This document shows, in pieces, positions 29,049 to 37,819 of a stretch of DNA of 64,000 nucleotides. The stretch's first letter is position 1, and each line of letters starts with the position of its first letter. A program made the position numbers and the translations under genes. Source of the DNA: an uncultured Methanomassiliicoccales archaeon (GTDB lineage: Archaea > Thermoplasmatota > Thermoplasmata > Methanomassiliicoccales > UBA472); the NCBI GenBank assembly GCA_963695345.1, contig OY968769.1, positions 832,001 to 896,000 on the forward strand, written 5' to 3'. The notes beneath the pieces were generated by a model. The model was given only the letters and a program-made list of their open reading frames with translations. It did not search any database and was not told the origin of the DNA.

Positions 29049-30452
29049 TCACTCTTGGCCTGTCTTCCTCTTGCACATCAGCAGTAGCCTACCCTCAGGA
29101 GTCGATGGGAGGGTCTCAAGAACCTCAAAGTGCCTTTCGATCGACCTCTTGAAGTTCTCAAGGCTATACCATTCGAACCCTTTCCTGAACCATTCGCCCA
29201 CCACTTCGTCGTTCTTTGGGACGTATTCGATGATCAGGTTGGACCTACAGAACGGTTCGAAGGCATCGATTATGTTGTCGAAGGACAACCACTGCCACTT
29301 GACCAGATGATGGATGATCGCCAAAGCCAGGACGGTGTCGCAGCGCAGCCTCTCGGTCGCCGGCCGCAATTGATTGTAGCCGATGCCGTATCCTGGGGAC
29401 GGATCGATCGTGTTCATCAGTATCGGTAGAATATGGGAAGAATCGGAACTCGATTCGACCAGCAGTTGGTCCAACGACTGACTGTTGTTGTCCAGCGCCA
29501 ACACCCTATGCCCTTGGATCGAAGCCTGCTTCGCATACCAGCCCTTATTGCTGCCGATGTCCAGCACTGTTCCCGGTTCCAGACCTTCCAGCAGCTGAAC
29601 GAAGGATTTGTTCTTTGAGGGCCACTCTGATGTATCTGTGTGAGAGTGATACTTTGCCCACGATGTATTGTAGTAGTTCGAGAAAGCATCACGCTCGATG
29701 GGCAGCCTCTTTCCTTCGATCGTTCCCTTGACCTTGGCCAATGATGCCTTCCTTCGTTCCGGTGAAGTGTTCATTATTTGATGTAAGTTGCTCATTTGGT
29801 TCTTGAGGGGTTCCTTTATCGCGGCCGGCAATTTTGAGGACGCGGCACCCAGTCCAACGACCCAGTTCCTCTGGTCGGCCTTGTCCCCGTGAAAAGTTGA
29901 TAGACCTTTGTCTTTCAACACCATCCGGGCGACCTCACCCTTCTTTTCCAGATACAGGTTTAGAGGCCTTATGCAGGATCCGAGGATGTCACCATACGCG
30001 GGAAATGTTGGCCCTTGTTTATTATATGGAACGATTGAATTAATATTAATGTGGACGGGTTTGGGTCCGTCATAAAGAACATTGAATAGACTCGCATCCT
30101 TCAAGCTCAGGTCATACTCGGTAAGCACCATCTCGATATCTAATTCCAGTAGGCCCGCCCTTTTGATCATCTCGAATGACCATTCATACGGATAGGAAAC
30201 GAATTCGATCCTCTTTTGTTCTAGCACAATCTCGAATTCATCGGTCGAGAAGTCCGAGACCTTGGTGTCGACCAACATTCCTCGCCGGACCAGTTCCTCG
30301 ATCGCACCGGAATCGAAGACCCCACTGATCTTCTTCCATCCAGCTTCGTTGTATCCCCTGAATACGCGGCCGTTCCAAAAAAAAACCCTGCTCTTTCGGT
30401 CACGACCGGCCGTGCTCGAATACTCAACTTCGCTTATCGGTATCTTTGACAT
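29049..30452 (-). CDS. SAM-dependent methyltransferase (NoeA-like), lower GC
   Basis: SYPYEWSFEM, LKDASLFN, VLDIGSNKG, LALAIIHHL; AT-richer codons than the flanks. Confidence 0.78.
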   Translation of the reverse strand: MSKIPISEVEYSSTAGRDRKSRVFFWNGRVFRGYNEAGWKKISGVFDSGAIEELVRRGMLVDTKVSDFSTDEFEIVLEQKRIEFVSYPYEWSFEMIKRAGLLELDIEMVLTEYDLSLKDASLFNVLYDGPKPVHININSIVPYNKQGPTFPAYGDILGSCIRPLNLYLEKKGEVARMVLKDKGLSTFHGDKADQRNWVVGLGAASSKLPAAIKEPLKNQMSNLHQIMNTSPERRKASLAKVKGTIEGKRLPIERDAFSNYYNTSWAKYHSHTDTSEWPSKNKSFVQLLEGLEPGTVLDIGSNKGWYAKQASIQGHRVLALDNNSQSLDQLLVESSSDSSHILPILMNTIDPSPGYGIGYNQLRPATERLRCDTVLALAIIHHLVKWQWLSFDNIIDAFEPFCRSNLIIEYVPKNDEVVGEWFRKGFEWYSLENFKRSIERHFEVLETLPSTPEGRLLLMCKRKTGQE

Positions 30453-30899
30453 GGTTGCAACAGATGATCCGGACATTCCGGCGTATAGATGGCGTTCCCG
30501 GTCCCTATATTCCAAACCTGATGCTTGCACTAGGAACTTTTTTTCTATTTCAATTCTCAGCCTACGATTGCCTAATAGGATATCTGATGGCGAGAGAAAT
30601 AATCTTCCTTCAAAATATCAAGTCATCACCCCATGTCGCCGTATCATCAATTTCGGGGAATGGAACCTGTTAAAGGACGACGGCTGACGATAGCGATTGG
30701 CGACATAGCATCCGTTTGAATTGGCTTCAGGCTGCTGCGTAGCGCACGATCGACATCGTGGATAATAATCTAATGAAGACCTCATCATCGCAATGCTCAA
30801 ATCGCGGAGAAGATGGAAAGACCATTCTTAGAAAACGAATAATAAAAAATGAATCGGTTAACCGACCAAAGATCGTATCGGAAAGATTTTGGAACAGGT

Positions 30900-31091
30900 C
30901 TAGAACCTGTTCCTGGGTGTTGCGGGCTTGTGCTTCTGGTAGCAATCCCTGCAATATACCGGCCTGCCCTCGGTCGGCTTGAATGGAACCTGGGTCTCCG
31001 CTCCGCAGTCGGAACACTTCACGTTATGCATTTCTTTCGGGCCGTCGTCTCTGCGGCCGCCAAATCCACTGGATCTCGGTTTTCCGTACAT
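30900..31091 (-). CDS. CxxC-x17-CxxC zinc-ribbon protein
   Basis: CSDCGAETQVPFKPTEGRPVYCRDC with a G/R-rich N-terminus. Confidence 0.9.
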   Translation of the reverse strand: MYGKPRSSGFGGRRDDGPKEMHNVKCSDCGAETQVPFKPTEGRPVYCRDCYQKHKPATPRNRF

Positions 31092-31231
31092 TATTATTAC
31101 CTTTCGGTTTTTCCCGTCCCGCCACCTTCGAGGCGCTAGGGATGATTCGAATCAACCCCCTAGTATAAAAAAATAGATGGTCGGACGGTCAAACATAACA
31201 ATGACTGGCATGACACGAAAGAGCACGGTGC

Positions 31232-32173
31232 CTAGGAGGGATCCTGCTCCGTCCCGACCGTCACCGGACGGGGATATAGGCCGGCCTCGCGCACTATCTC
31301 CGGAACCTTCTCCTCCCAGGCCACCGCCATGATGTGAATGCCATGGACGCCCTTCATCTGTTTCAGGTGCTCGATGGTCTCGATACAGAGCTTGATGCCT
31401 TCCGCCTTCGGATCGGCCGCGGTCTTCATGCGGTCGATGATAGCGTCCGGGACGCTCATGCCGGAGACCTTGTTCTTCATGTAGAGAGCGACCTTTGCCG
31501 ATTTCAGCGGCAGCACCCCGGCCAGAATGTGGACCTTTCGGTCGAGGCCCCGGTCCCGAACCCCATCCATGAACGTTTCGAACCTGTCCATATCATAGAT
31601 GGACTGGGTCTGTATGAAGTCAGCCCCGGCGGCCACTTTCTTGGCCAAACGGGCGACCCGGAACTCGAACGGGTCCCCGAACGGGTTCTCCACCGCTCCC
31701 AGGTACAGCTGGGGGGCGGCCTCGAGGAGGTCCCCTCCCCAGGCCTTTCCCTCGTCGCGCATGGAGCGCAGGACCATGAGCTCCTGGATGGAGTCCAGGT
31801 CGTATACGTTCTTGGCCTCCTTCTGGTTGCCGAATATCTGATGGTCCCCGGTCAGGCACAGGACGTTCCGTACCCCGAGCGCGCTGGCTCCCAGGACGTC
31901 GGATTGGATGGCGATGCGGTTCCGGTCCCGGCAGGCCATCTGCATGACCGGCTCGACGCCTTCCTGTATGCACACCAGCGAAGCGGCCCAACTGGACAAC
32001 CTAACCATTGCCGTCTGGTTATCGGTCAGATTGAAGGCGTCGGCATACCCTCTCATGTTCCCGACGTGTTTCCTCAGCACATCGGGGTTGGCCCCCTTCG
32101 GAGGCCCTATCTCGGCGGTGACCGCGAACTGCCCGGAATCCAGCACTCTCTGCAGGTTGCTTGAGGCCTTCAT
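31232..32173 (-). CDS. metF: Methylene-THF reductase, flavin subunit
   Basis: TAEIGPPKG, NLTDNQ, CRDRNRIAIQSD, CLTGDH, KVAAGADFIQTQ, GIHIM. Confidence 0.93.
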   Translation of the reverse strand: MKASSNLQRVLDSGQFAVTAEIGPPKGANPDVLRKHVGNMRGYADAFNLTDNQTAMVRLSSWAASLVCIQEGVEPVMQMACRDRNRIAIQSDVLGASALGVRNVLCLTGDHQIFGNQKEAKNVYDLDSIQELMVLRSMRDEGKAWGGDLLEAAPQLYLGAVENPFGDPFEFRVARLAKKVAAGADFIQTQSIYDMDRFETFMDGVRDRGLDRKVHILAGVLPLKSAKVALYMKNKVSGMSVPDAIIDRMKTAADPKAEGIKLCIETIEHLKQMKGVHGIHIMAVAWEEKVPEIVREAGLYPRPVTVGTEQDPS

Positions 32174-32873
32174 TGCGAGACCCCCCGGATCCTCTTTTCC
32201 TCGTCGGTCTGGACCGCTTCCTTCCTGACGGTCTTCCGCGGCCCTCCGGAGCGGCTCGGCCTCCAGTTCTTGGGGGGATCACGGCCTCCATGAGGTCCAG
32301 GCGGCCCAGCTCCTTTAATGAGCGGTAAATCAGGTCCCAGCCGCAGGGGGTGTCCGGGTCGATCTCGCACTTGCCGTTCTGGGAGCCGCCGCAGGGGCCG
32401 TTCATCAGGCTCTTGGAGCACCTCGCCACGGGACACACCCCTCCAGTAAGGTGCAGCACGCAGTCTCCGCAGCCACCACACCTCTCCAGGTAGATCCCCT
32501 GCTCTTCCGGCGCGCCCATGGAAACGGTGTTGACGCCGGGAACGACGAAAACCGAGGGATACATATCGTGGATGACCTGAGCGCCGACCCCGCACGCCAA
32601 AGAGATGACCGCGTCCTTGCCCTCGATGGCCGCCTTCATGCCCGCGGCCCATTCCTTCTCGCACGCCCGCTCGAGGGTGACCACATCTACGTTCCACCCC
32701 TTGTGTTCGAGGTCGGAATGCAGCCGGAGCGATTCCGCCAGAATGTTCGCCTCCTTTTCCCCTCCGGCCAGGCAGATCGCCACGCAGGAACGGCATCCTA
32801 CGACGAGCACTTCCCTGTGCCCCTCGAGCATCTTGATGACATCAATCAATGGTTTCTGTTCCGCGATGATCAT
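32170..32873 (-). CDS. metV: Methylene-THF reductase Fe-S/Zn subunit; frameshift near 32270
   Basis: MIIAEQKP, GCRSCVAIC, ACGVG, CGGCGDC, CPVARCSKSLMNGPCGG..C..C. Confidence 0.9.
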
Positions 32874-33274
32874 TTCCTCACCTTTCCGATGGGGTTCGGG
32901 CCGAGCCTATCCACCCTCGAGACCATCTCCTCGACGATCTCCACGAACCTCCAATCCTGATTGGAGGACAGGTTGAACATCTCCAGCCGCTCCGGTTCCA
33001 GACCGGCGGACTGGATCAGCGATTTCGCCAATGTGACGCGTTTCCGCGCCTCGATGTTGCCATACTGGTATTTGCAGTTGCCTTCGAGGCATCCAGCTAC
33101 AAATACGGCATCCGCGCCCTCCCGGAGCGCCCTCAGGAGATGCACCACATCTACCCTTCCGGTGCATGGCAGCTCCACCAGCGTCACCGAGGATGGATGG
33201 ACCGACCCTTTCGATGATGCCCGCTCGGCCGCCTCCAGCGCGCCGTCCCGGCAAACGAACCCGATGATCTTCAT
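32870..33274 (-). CDS. mvhD: MvhD/FlpD [2Fe-2S] electron-transfer subunit
   Basis: FVC, PCTGRV, GADAVFVAGC..GNC.Y..GN, GLEPERL, LGPNP. Confidence 0.92.
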   Translation of the reverse strand: MKIIGFVCRDGALEAAERASSKGSVHPSSVTLVELPCTGRVDVVHLLRALREGADAVFVAGCLEGNCKYQYGNIEARKRVTLAKSLIQSAGLEPERLEMFNLSSNQDWRFVEIVEEMVSRVDRLGPNPIGKVRK

Positions 33275-34911
33275 TCCATCTCCTCCAGTGCGGATGCCAA
33301 CTCTGACATTATCTGGTCATCCCGGTAGGAGTATACCTGGATGGCCTTGCTGGGGCAGGCCGCCGCGCAAATCCCGCAGCCCTGGCATATGCCGATGTCG
33401 ACCTCGGCCTTCCTCTCCGTACCAATGCGGGGAGCGTGGAAGGGGCAGGTCCTGACGCAGGTAAGGCATGCGGAGCAACGTTCCTGATCGACCTCGGCGA
33501 CGTTCCCTCCGATTACCAGGCGCGAACGGAGCAGCGAGGCCATCCTGGAGGCCGCGGCCTTTGCGCTCATGGTCGGACCCGCCCCCAGGTTCATTTCCGA
33601 GGCCGAACCGCAAAGGAGAATACCGGGAATATGAGCGGAGACCGGACGGCATTTGGGATTGGACCGGGCCATGCCGCCGTCGGAAGCGAGCGGTAGCTGG
33701 AAAGCCCTGGCCACGACCTCCGTCCCGACGCTCTCGGAACGGTTGTCCACCACCACCAGGTCAGCCGGTATCCTAAGGACCAGGCCGGAATGCATGTCCT
33801 TGACGACCAGACCTCCATCGTCCATGGTCGGCACGGTCTCCGAACGGATGAAACGGACCCCCATCTCCTGGGCCTTGCGGTATCCCACCTCGCACTGGCC
33901 GAAGGCATAGACCTCACGGAGGATCACGGTGACATTGGATTTGGGCGATAGGCCTTTGGCGTGCATCGAATGATGCACGGCGTCATGCGTGGACATGGGC
34001 GAACGTTCCGACGTCCCATCCTGGTCCATGGCAACCATGACGATGTTCCGCGGGACCCTCCCCAACGCCCGGAGCTGCGCCTCGAACCCTTCCTGGGTTA
34101 TGGCGCCAGGGAATCGTGAGAGCAGGGGATTGAAGGAATCGACCTTGTCCAGGGCGACGATCGCGCCTCCTACCGTTTCCTTCCATGTCTCTCCGCCCTT
34201 GGACATCGTCACCGTAAAATCGCCTGGATGTCCGTCAATGGACCGGACCTCGGTGGAATCGTGCACCCGGAACCGGTCCCCGACCGAATCGGCCATCTGG
34301 TCCAGTGCCCCGCCCTCCAGCGGGATAACGCTCTGATGGTCGCTCTCCTCGATCTGGGAGGTCGGATTCGCCACGATCACATCCAGACCTTCATCCAATA
34401 ACGCCATGGAAGCGGTTATGGCGGATGGCCCGTTGCCGATGACCAGCACCTTTCTCGACCTCCCCACTTCCATGCGGGGAGTGGTCTGGAGCATCGCGAT
34501 CCTCCTCAGCGAGGTGCGCATCGCGCGTTCCGCCCTGCCCTGCGCCTCTGACCTGGATAGGGGGCCGCACAGGCCGATGATATCGACGAAGGTGACCAGT
34601 TCGGGACAGATGCCGGCCGATTCCGCCAGTTGCGCGAATCGTTCCGATGCGCTACGGGCGCTGCAGCCGACCACCATGAACCTGTCGATGTCCCCGGCCA
34701 TCAGGGAGAGCTTGACCTCTCCCAAGGCTGGCCCGTCGCACCCGCGGTCGAAGCAGAGAACGTCCCTGACATTGGCGTCGGCGTTGGCAATAACCTTGAT
34801 CCGGTCCAGGTCGACCTTTCTGGATATTACCCCGCCGCAGGAGCATATGAAGACCCCGATGCCCTTGGGCGTTCCGATGGGGCCGTGAGAGGGCGGCACC
34901 GGCTCGGTCAT
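33271..34911 (-). CDS. HdrA/QmoB-like subunit with degenerate FAD and cluster motifs and C-terminal 2x[4Fe-4S]
   Basis: GVFICSCG N-domain; VIGNGPSA in place of GGGxAG; QCVGSR/CSxxCC replaced; CSACLTCVRTCP and CQGCGICAAACP. Confidence 0.85.
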   Translation of the reverse strand: MTEPVPPSHGPIGTPKGIGVFICSCGGVISRKVDLDRIKVIANADANVRDVLCFDRGCDGPALGEVKLSLMAGDIDRFMVVGCSARSASERFAQLAESAGICPELVTFVDIIGLCGPLSRSEAQGRAERAMRTSLRRIAMLQTTPRMEVGRSRKVLVIGNGPSAITASMALLDEGLDVIVANPTSQIEESDHQSVIPLEGGALDQMADSVGDRFRVHDSTEVRSIDGHPGDFTVTMSKGGETWKETVGGAIVALDKVDSFNPLLSRFPGAITQEGFEAQLRALGRVPRNIVMVAMDQDGTSERSPMSTHDAVHHSMHAKGLSPKSNVTVILREVYAFGQCEVGYRKAQEMGVRFIRSETVPTMDDGGLVVKDMHSGLVLRIPADLVVVDNRSESVGTEVVARAFQLPLASDGGMARSNPKCRPVSAHIPGILLCGSASEMNLGAGPTMSAKAAASRMASLLRSRLVIGGNVAEVDQERCSACLTCVRTCPFHAPRIGTERKAEVDIGICQGCGICAAACPSKAIQVYSYRDDQIMSELASALEEME

Positions 34912-36128
34912 TTCAACCTCTCCAGATAGATGCTGGCCTTGCCCGCCGCGATGTTTCCGTCCATAACGCACTCCTCGATGTCCTTGGGGCCGGAGCATGA
35001 TCCGCAGAAGAACAGCCCTTTGGCATCAGTCACCCGCCCGGGGTTCCCTTCGGACACGAAGAATCCTTGCGGGGAAAGGCGTACTCCGAGCGAGCTCGCG
35101 ATATCCGCCCCGGAGTCTGGAGGCATGAGACCGATCGATAGAATGACCAGATCGAACTCCGTCTCCTTGACGCCGTCGTCGGTGGCCATCGCATACCGGA
35201 CGAGCGGTCTCCCGCCCTCGCCTTCGACCACTTCGGCGGGCCGGCTCCGCAGCACCGTCAGTTTCGGGTCGGAACGGGCCAGGTCCGTGATCGAGTCCTC
35301 GTCCGCGTACCTCCTCCAGTCCATCATGAAGAAGGATATGTCGAGATTAGCGTCCGCTGCCCTCAATGATTGGGCCAGTTTCATCGCGTATTTGCAGCAC
35401 ACCTTGGAGCATTGCTCGGACCCGGTTCGGCCCCTTGAGCCTACGCATTGGATGAAGGCGACGCTGCGCGGCGGCTTCCCTTCGCAGAAACGATTCAATG
35501 AGCCGCACCGATTCAGCTCCGCCTCCGCGTCAAGACCGGTGATGACCCCGTTGACCGAGCCATAACCCAATCTCGGGTCTGCCCCGGCGTCGAACGGATC
35601 GTTACCTACCGCCACAATGATGGCGTCCGCCAGGACCTCGCAGCCTACCGGACCGGTCCGGACCGCGTCCCTGGAACAGACATCGACACACCTGCTGCAT
35701 TCCTCCACCGGGAACGGGCAGGACGGCGTCACTACCTTTCTCTGACCCTTGCTGCCAGTAACCGCCACTATGGCCCCGGACGGACAGGCATCGGCACAGT
35801 CACCGCAACCATCGCAGCTCATCGGGTCGATGGAACGGCCCGGCGCAACGGTGACCCGGTACATTCCCATGTCCCTCTCGATCGTGGCCACCTCCGAGGA
35901 GGTGATGATCCTCACCAGGCCTGAACGGAACAGTCTCGGGACCAGCTCCGTCGACATGCACACATCGCATTTCACGCATTGCACCCGCCCCTTGCAGGCT
36001 AGCTCTGAGGCCAGTCCGCCCAATCTAGGGGAGCGCTCCACGATGGTGCATGGTATTCCCCTCTGGGCCAGTGAAAGGGCCGCAGAAATGCCCGCGGTAC
36101 CTCCGCCGATGATGACCACACCTCTCAA
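34908..36128 (-). CDS. HdrA/QmoA-like flavoprotein with inserted ferredoxin
   Basis: IIGGGTAG, CDGCGDCADACP, FIQCVGSR, CSKVCC, DLVILSIG, GPKDI; TTG start with gaggtg RBS. Confidence 0.9.
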   Translation of the reverse strand: MRGVVIIGGGTAGISAALSLAQRGIPCTIVERSPRLGGLASELACKGRVQCVKCDVCMSTELVPRLFRSGLVRIITSSEVATIERDMGMYRVTVAPGRSIDPMSCDGCGDCADACPSGAIVAVTGSKGQRKVVTPSCPFPVEECSRCVDVCSRDAVRTGPVGCEVLADAIIVAVGNDPFDAGADPRLGYGSVNGVITGLDAEAELNRCGSLNRFCEGKPPRSVAFIQCVGSRGRTGSEQCSKVCCKYAMKLAQSLRAADANLDISFFMMDWRRYADEDSITDLARSDPKLTVLRSRPAEVVEGEGGRPLVRYAMATDDGVKETEFDLVILSIGLMPPDSGADIASSLGVRLSPQGFFVSEGNPGRVTDAKGLFFCGSCSGPKDIEECVMDGNIAAGKASIYLERLK

Positions 36129-36335
36129 GGAAACCGCACCTCGGGTGAACGAAGTATGGTGGACGACATCTCAGGTTGGAGTGCCGGGAATGATTCGAAA
36201 TGATACTGGACGGTCAAATGGTATCGGACTTTCTGACCTGATGGGTGATATAAAAAGCTTATGAACATGCTATTGCGCCGGACGGGGATTGTGGTTCGGC
36301 AACGGTTATCTAGGGCGCTGACCTTCTGTTTCCCC

Positions 36336-37175
36336 ATGCGCAGGGCGGCCATCACCGTCGATGTGGACAGGGATGTCAATCAGGCCTGTAAGGGACGAAC
36401 GGCGGCCATCTCCAGTCCTGTCAATGGTTCGGACCAGCCCAGGTTCTCCTCGTCCAGGAAAGGCTTGGAGCTCATCGTGGCCGCCATGAACGACCTGGAG
36501 GTCCGCGGGACGTTCTTCTTTGAGGCGACGACGGCGCTGGAGATCAGCAAGTCGGCGGATATCGCTGAACTGATGCAGGGACATGAGATCGCCTGCCATG
36601 CCTATGACCATGAGGATCTGACCGGGCTCGACACCGGGATAAGGATCGACCGGGAGGAGGTCGACGATATCCTGGAAAGGTCCATCGGGGTGCTGGATTC
36701 CCTGTTCGGCGAAGGAAGGCGCGGTTTCCGTGCCCCCTACCTGCACTCGAACGATGAGCTGATGGAATCGCTGAAGGAACACCGCTTCCTCTATGATTCC
36801 AGTGTGGTGGAGGAGATGCGCGACGGCCAGATCCGGCCCTATCTCACCAAGGGCGGATTGCCGGAGGTGCCCATCGCATCATCGCGGGACGGCCGGGGGA
36901 AGAAGATAGTGGGATATCTCTGGCCCCTGCATGAAGGAAAGAGGCCCATAGGCGACTACCTCCAAATGGTGGACGGTTTCCGAGACGGGCTGCTGGTCCT
37001 CTCCACCCATTCCTGGCATCCGGTGGAGAACTTCTGCGATGGCCAGCAATGCGAGCTCGATGTGCAGAAGGGCATGGACGACCTGAGGACGCTCATCAAT
37101 CATTCGATCGACACAGGGGTGGAGTTCGTCACCGTGGCGGAATATGTCGGCCGGGACATGGGAGGGAGCTGCTGA
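36336..37175 (+). CDS. Polysaccharide deacetylase (CE4/NodB-like) family protein
   Basis: TVDVD, GTFFF, HEIACHAYDH, GFRAPY, YDSS, HSW. Confidence 0.85.
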   Translation: MRRAAITVDVDRDVNQACKGRTAAISSPVNGSDQPRFSSSRKGLELIVAAMNDLEVRGTFFFEATTALEISKSADIAELMQGHEIACHAYDHEDLTGLDTGIRIDREEVDDILERSIGVLDSLFGEGRRGFRAPYLHSNDELMESLKEHRFLYDSSVVEEMRDGQIRPYLTKGGLPEVPIASSRDGRGKKIVGYLWPLHEGKRPIGDYLQMVDGFRDGLLVLSTHSWHPVENFCDGQQCELDVQKGMDDLRTLINHSIDTGVEFVTVAEYVGRDMGGSC

Positions 37176-37819
37176 TGCCTGCCATCTTCGAAAAACTGAG
37201 GAACACTGCCAGCTATTCCGCCGCCCAGGAGAAGGCCTGGGAAGACCTGGTCCATCTGGATTCGAAGAGCATCGCGAAGAACTCGATGGCCGATTTCGAT
37301 GGCCGGACGTTCACCCTCAATGTGCTCGACGAGACCGTCAAGGTCGATAAATGGGAGGGCCGGGTGACCACTTCAAGTCCGCATGACCGGGCCTTCGAGA
37401 TCCTGGTGATGCATTATCTGATCGGCTGCCAATCGGGAGGGCCGTGCGGCGAGCTTGTCCTTTTCCGCCAGCTCAAGGGAGGGGAGGCGTACAACGATAC
37501 CTTCCACAAACGCGTGAACGACCGGTTGGCCAAGGCGTTCGGCGACGATCCCGGGTCGCTGGTAACGACGGGCGAACGGTTGAAGGGAACCAGGAGGTCT
37601 AAGGGCAACGCTTCGATCGAACTGCCCCTGTTCCCCAAGGTCCCCATCACCGTTATCGTCTGGCGGGGGGATGATGAGATCCCAGCTTCTTCCACAGTTC
37701 TGTTCGACCGCAGCATAGGCGACATCTTCCCCACCGAGGACGTTGCAGTGGCCGGCTCCCTGATCGTGGAGAAGCTGGTCGGGGCGAAGGGAGAATGGCC
37801 GGTCAGTACAGACCGGTGA
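37175..37819 (+). CDS. DUF3786 family protein
   Basis: ILVMHYL, FRQLKGG, LFPKVPI..WRGDDE.PAS..LFD, EDV pattern; TGATG coupling to the upstream gene. Confidence 0.75.
   Translation: MPAIFEKLRNTASYSAAQEKAWEDLVHLDSKSIAKNSMADFDGRTFTLNVLDETVKVDKWEGRVTTSSPHDRAFEILVMHYLIGCQSGGPCGELVLFRQLKGGEAYNDTFHKRVNDRLAKAFGDDPGSLVTTGERLKGTRRSKGNASIELPLFPKVPITVIVWRGDDEIPASSTVLFDRSIGDIFPTEDVAVAGSLIVEKLVGAKGEWPVSTDR

Noticed and set aside
32870-36128. Selenocysteine in HdrA/MvhD
   Set aside because: No in-frame TGA in these ORFs; the relevant positions are Cys or substituted.
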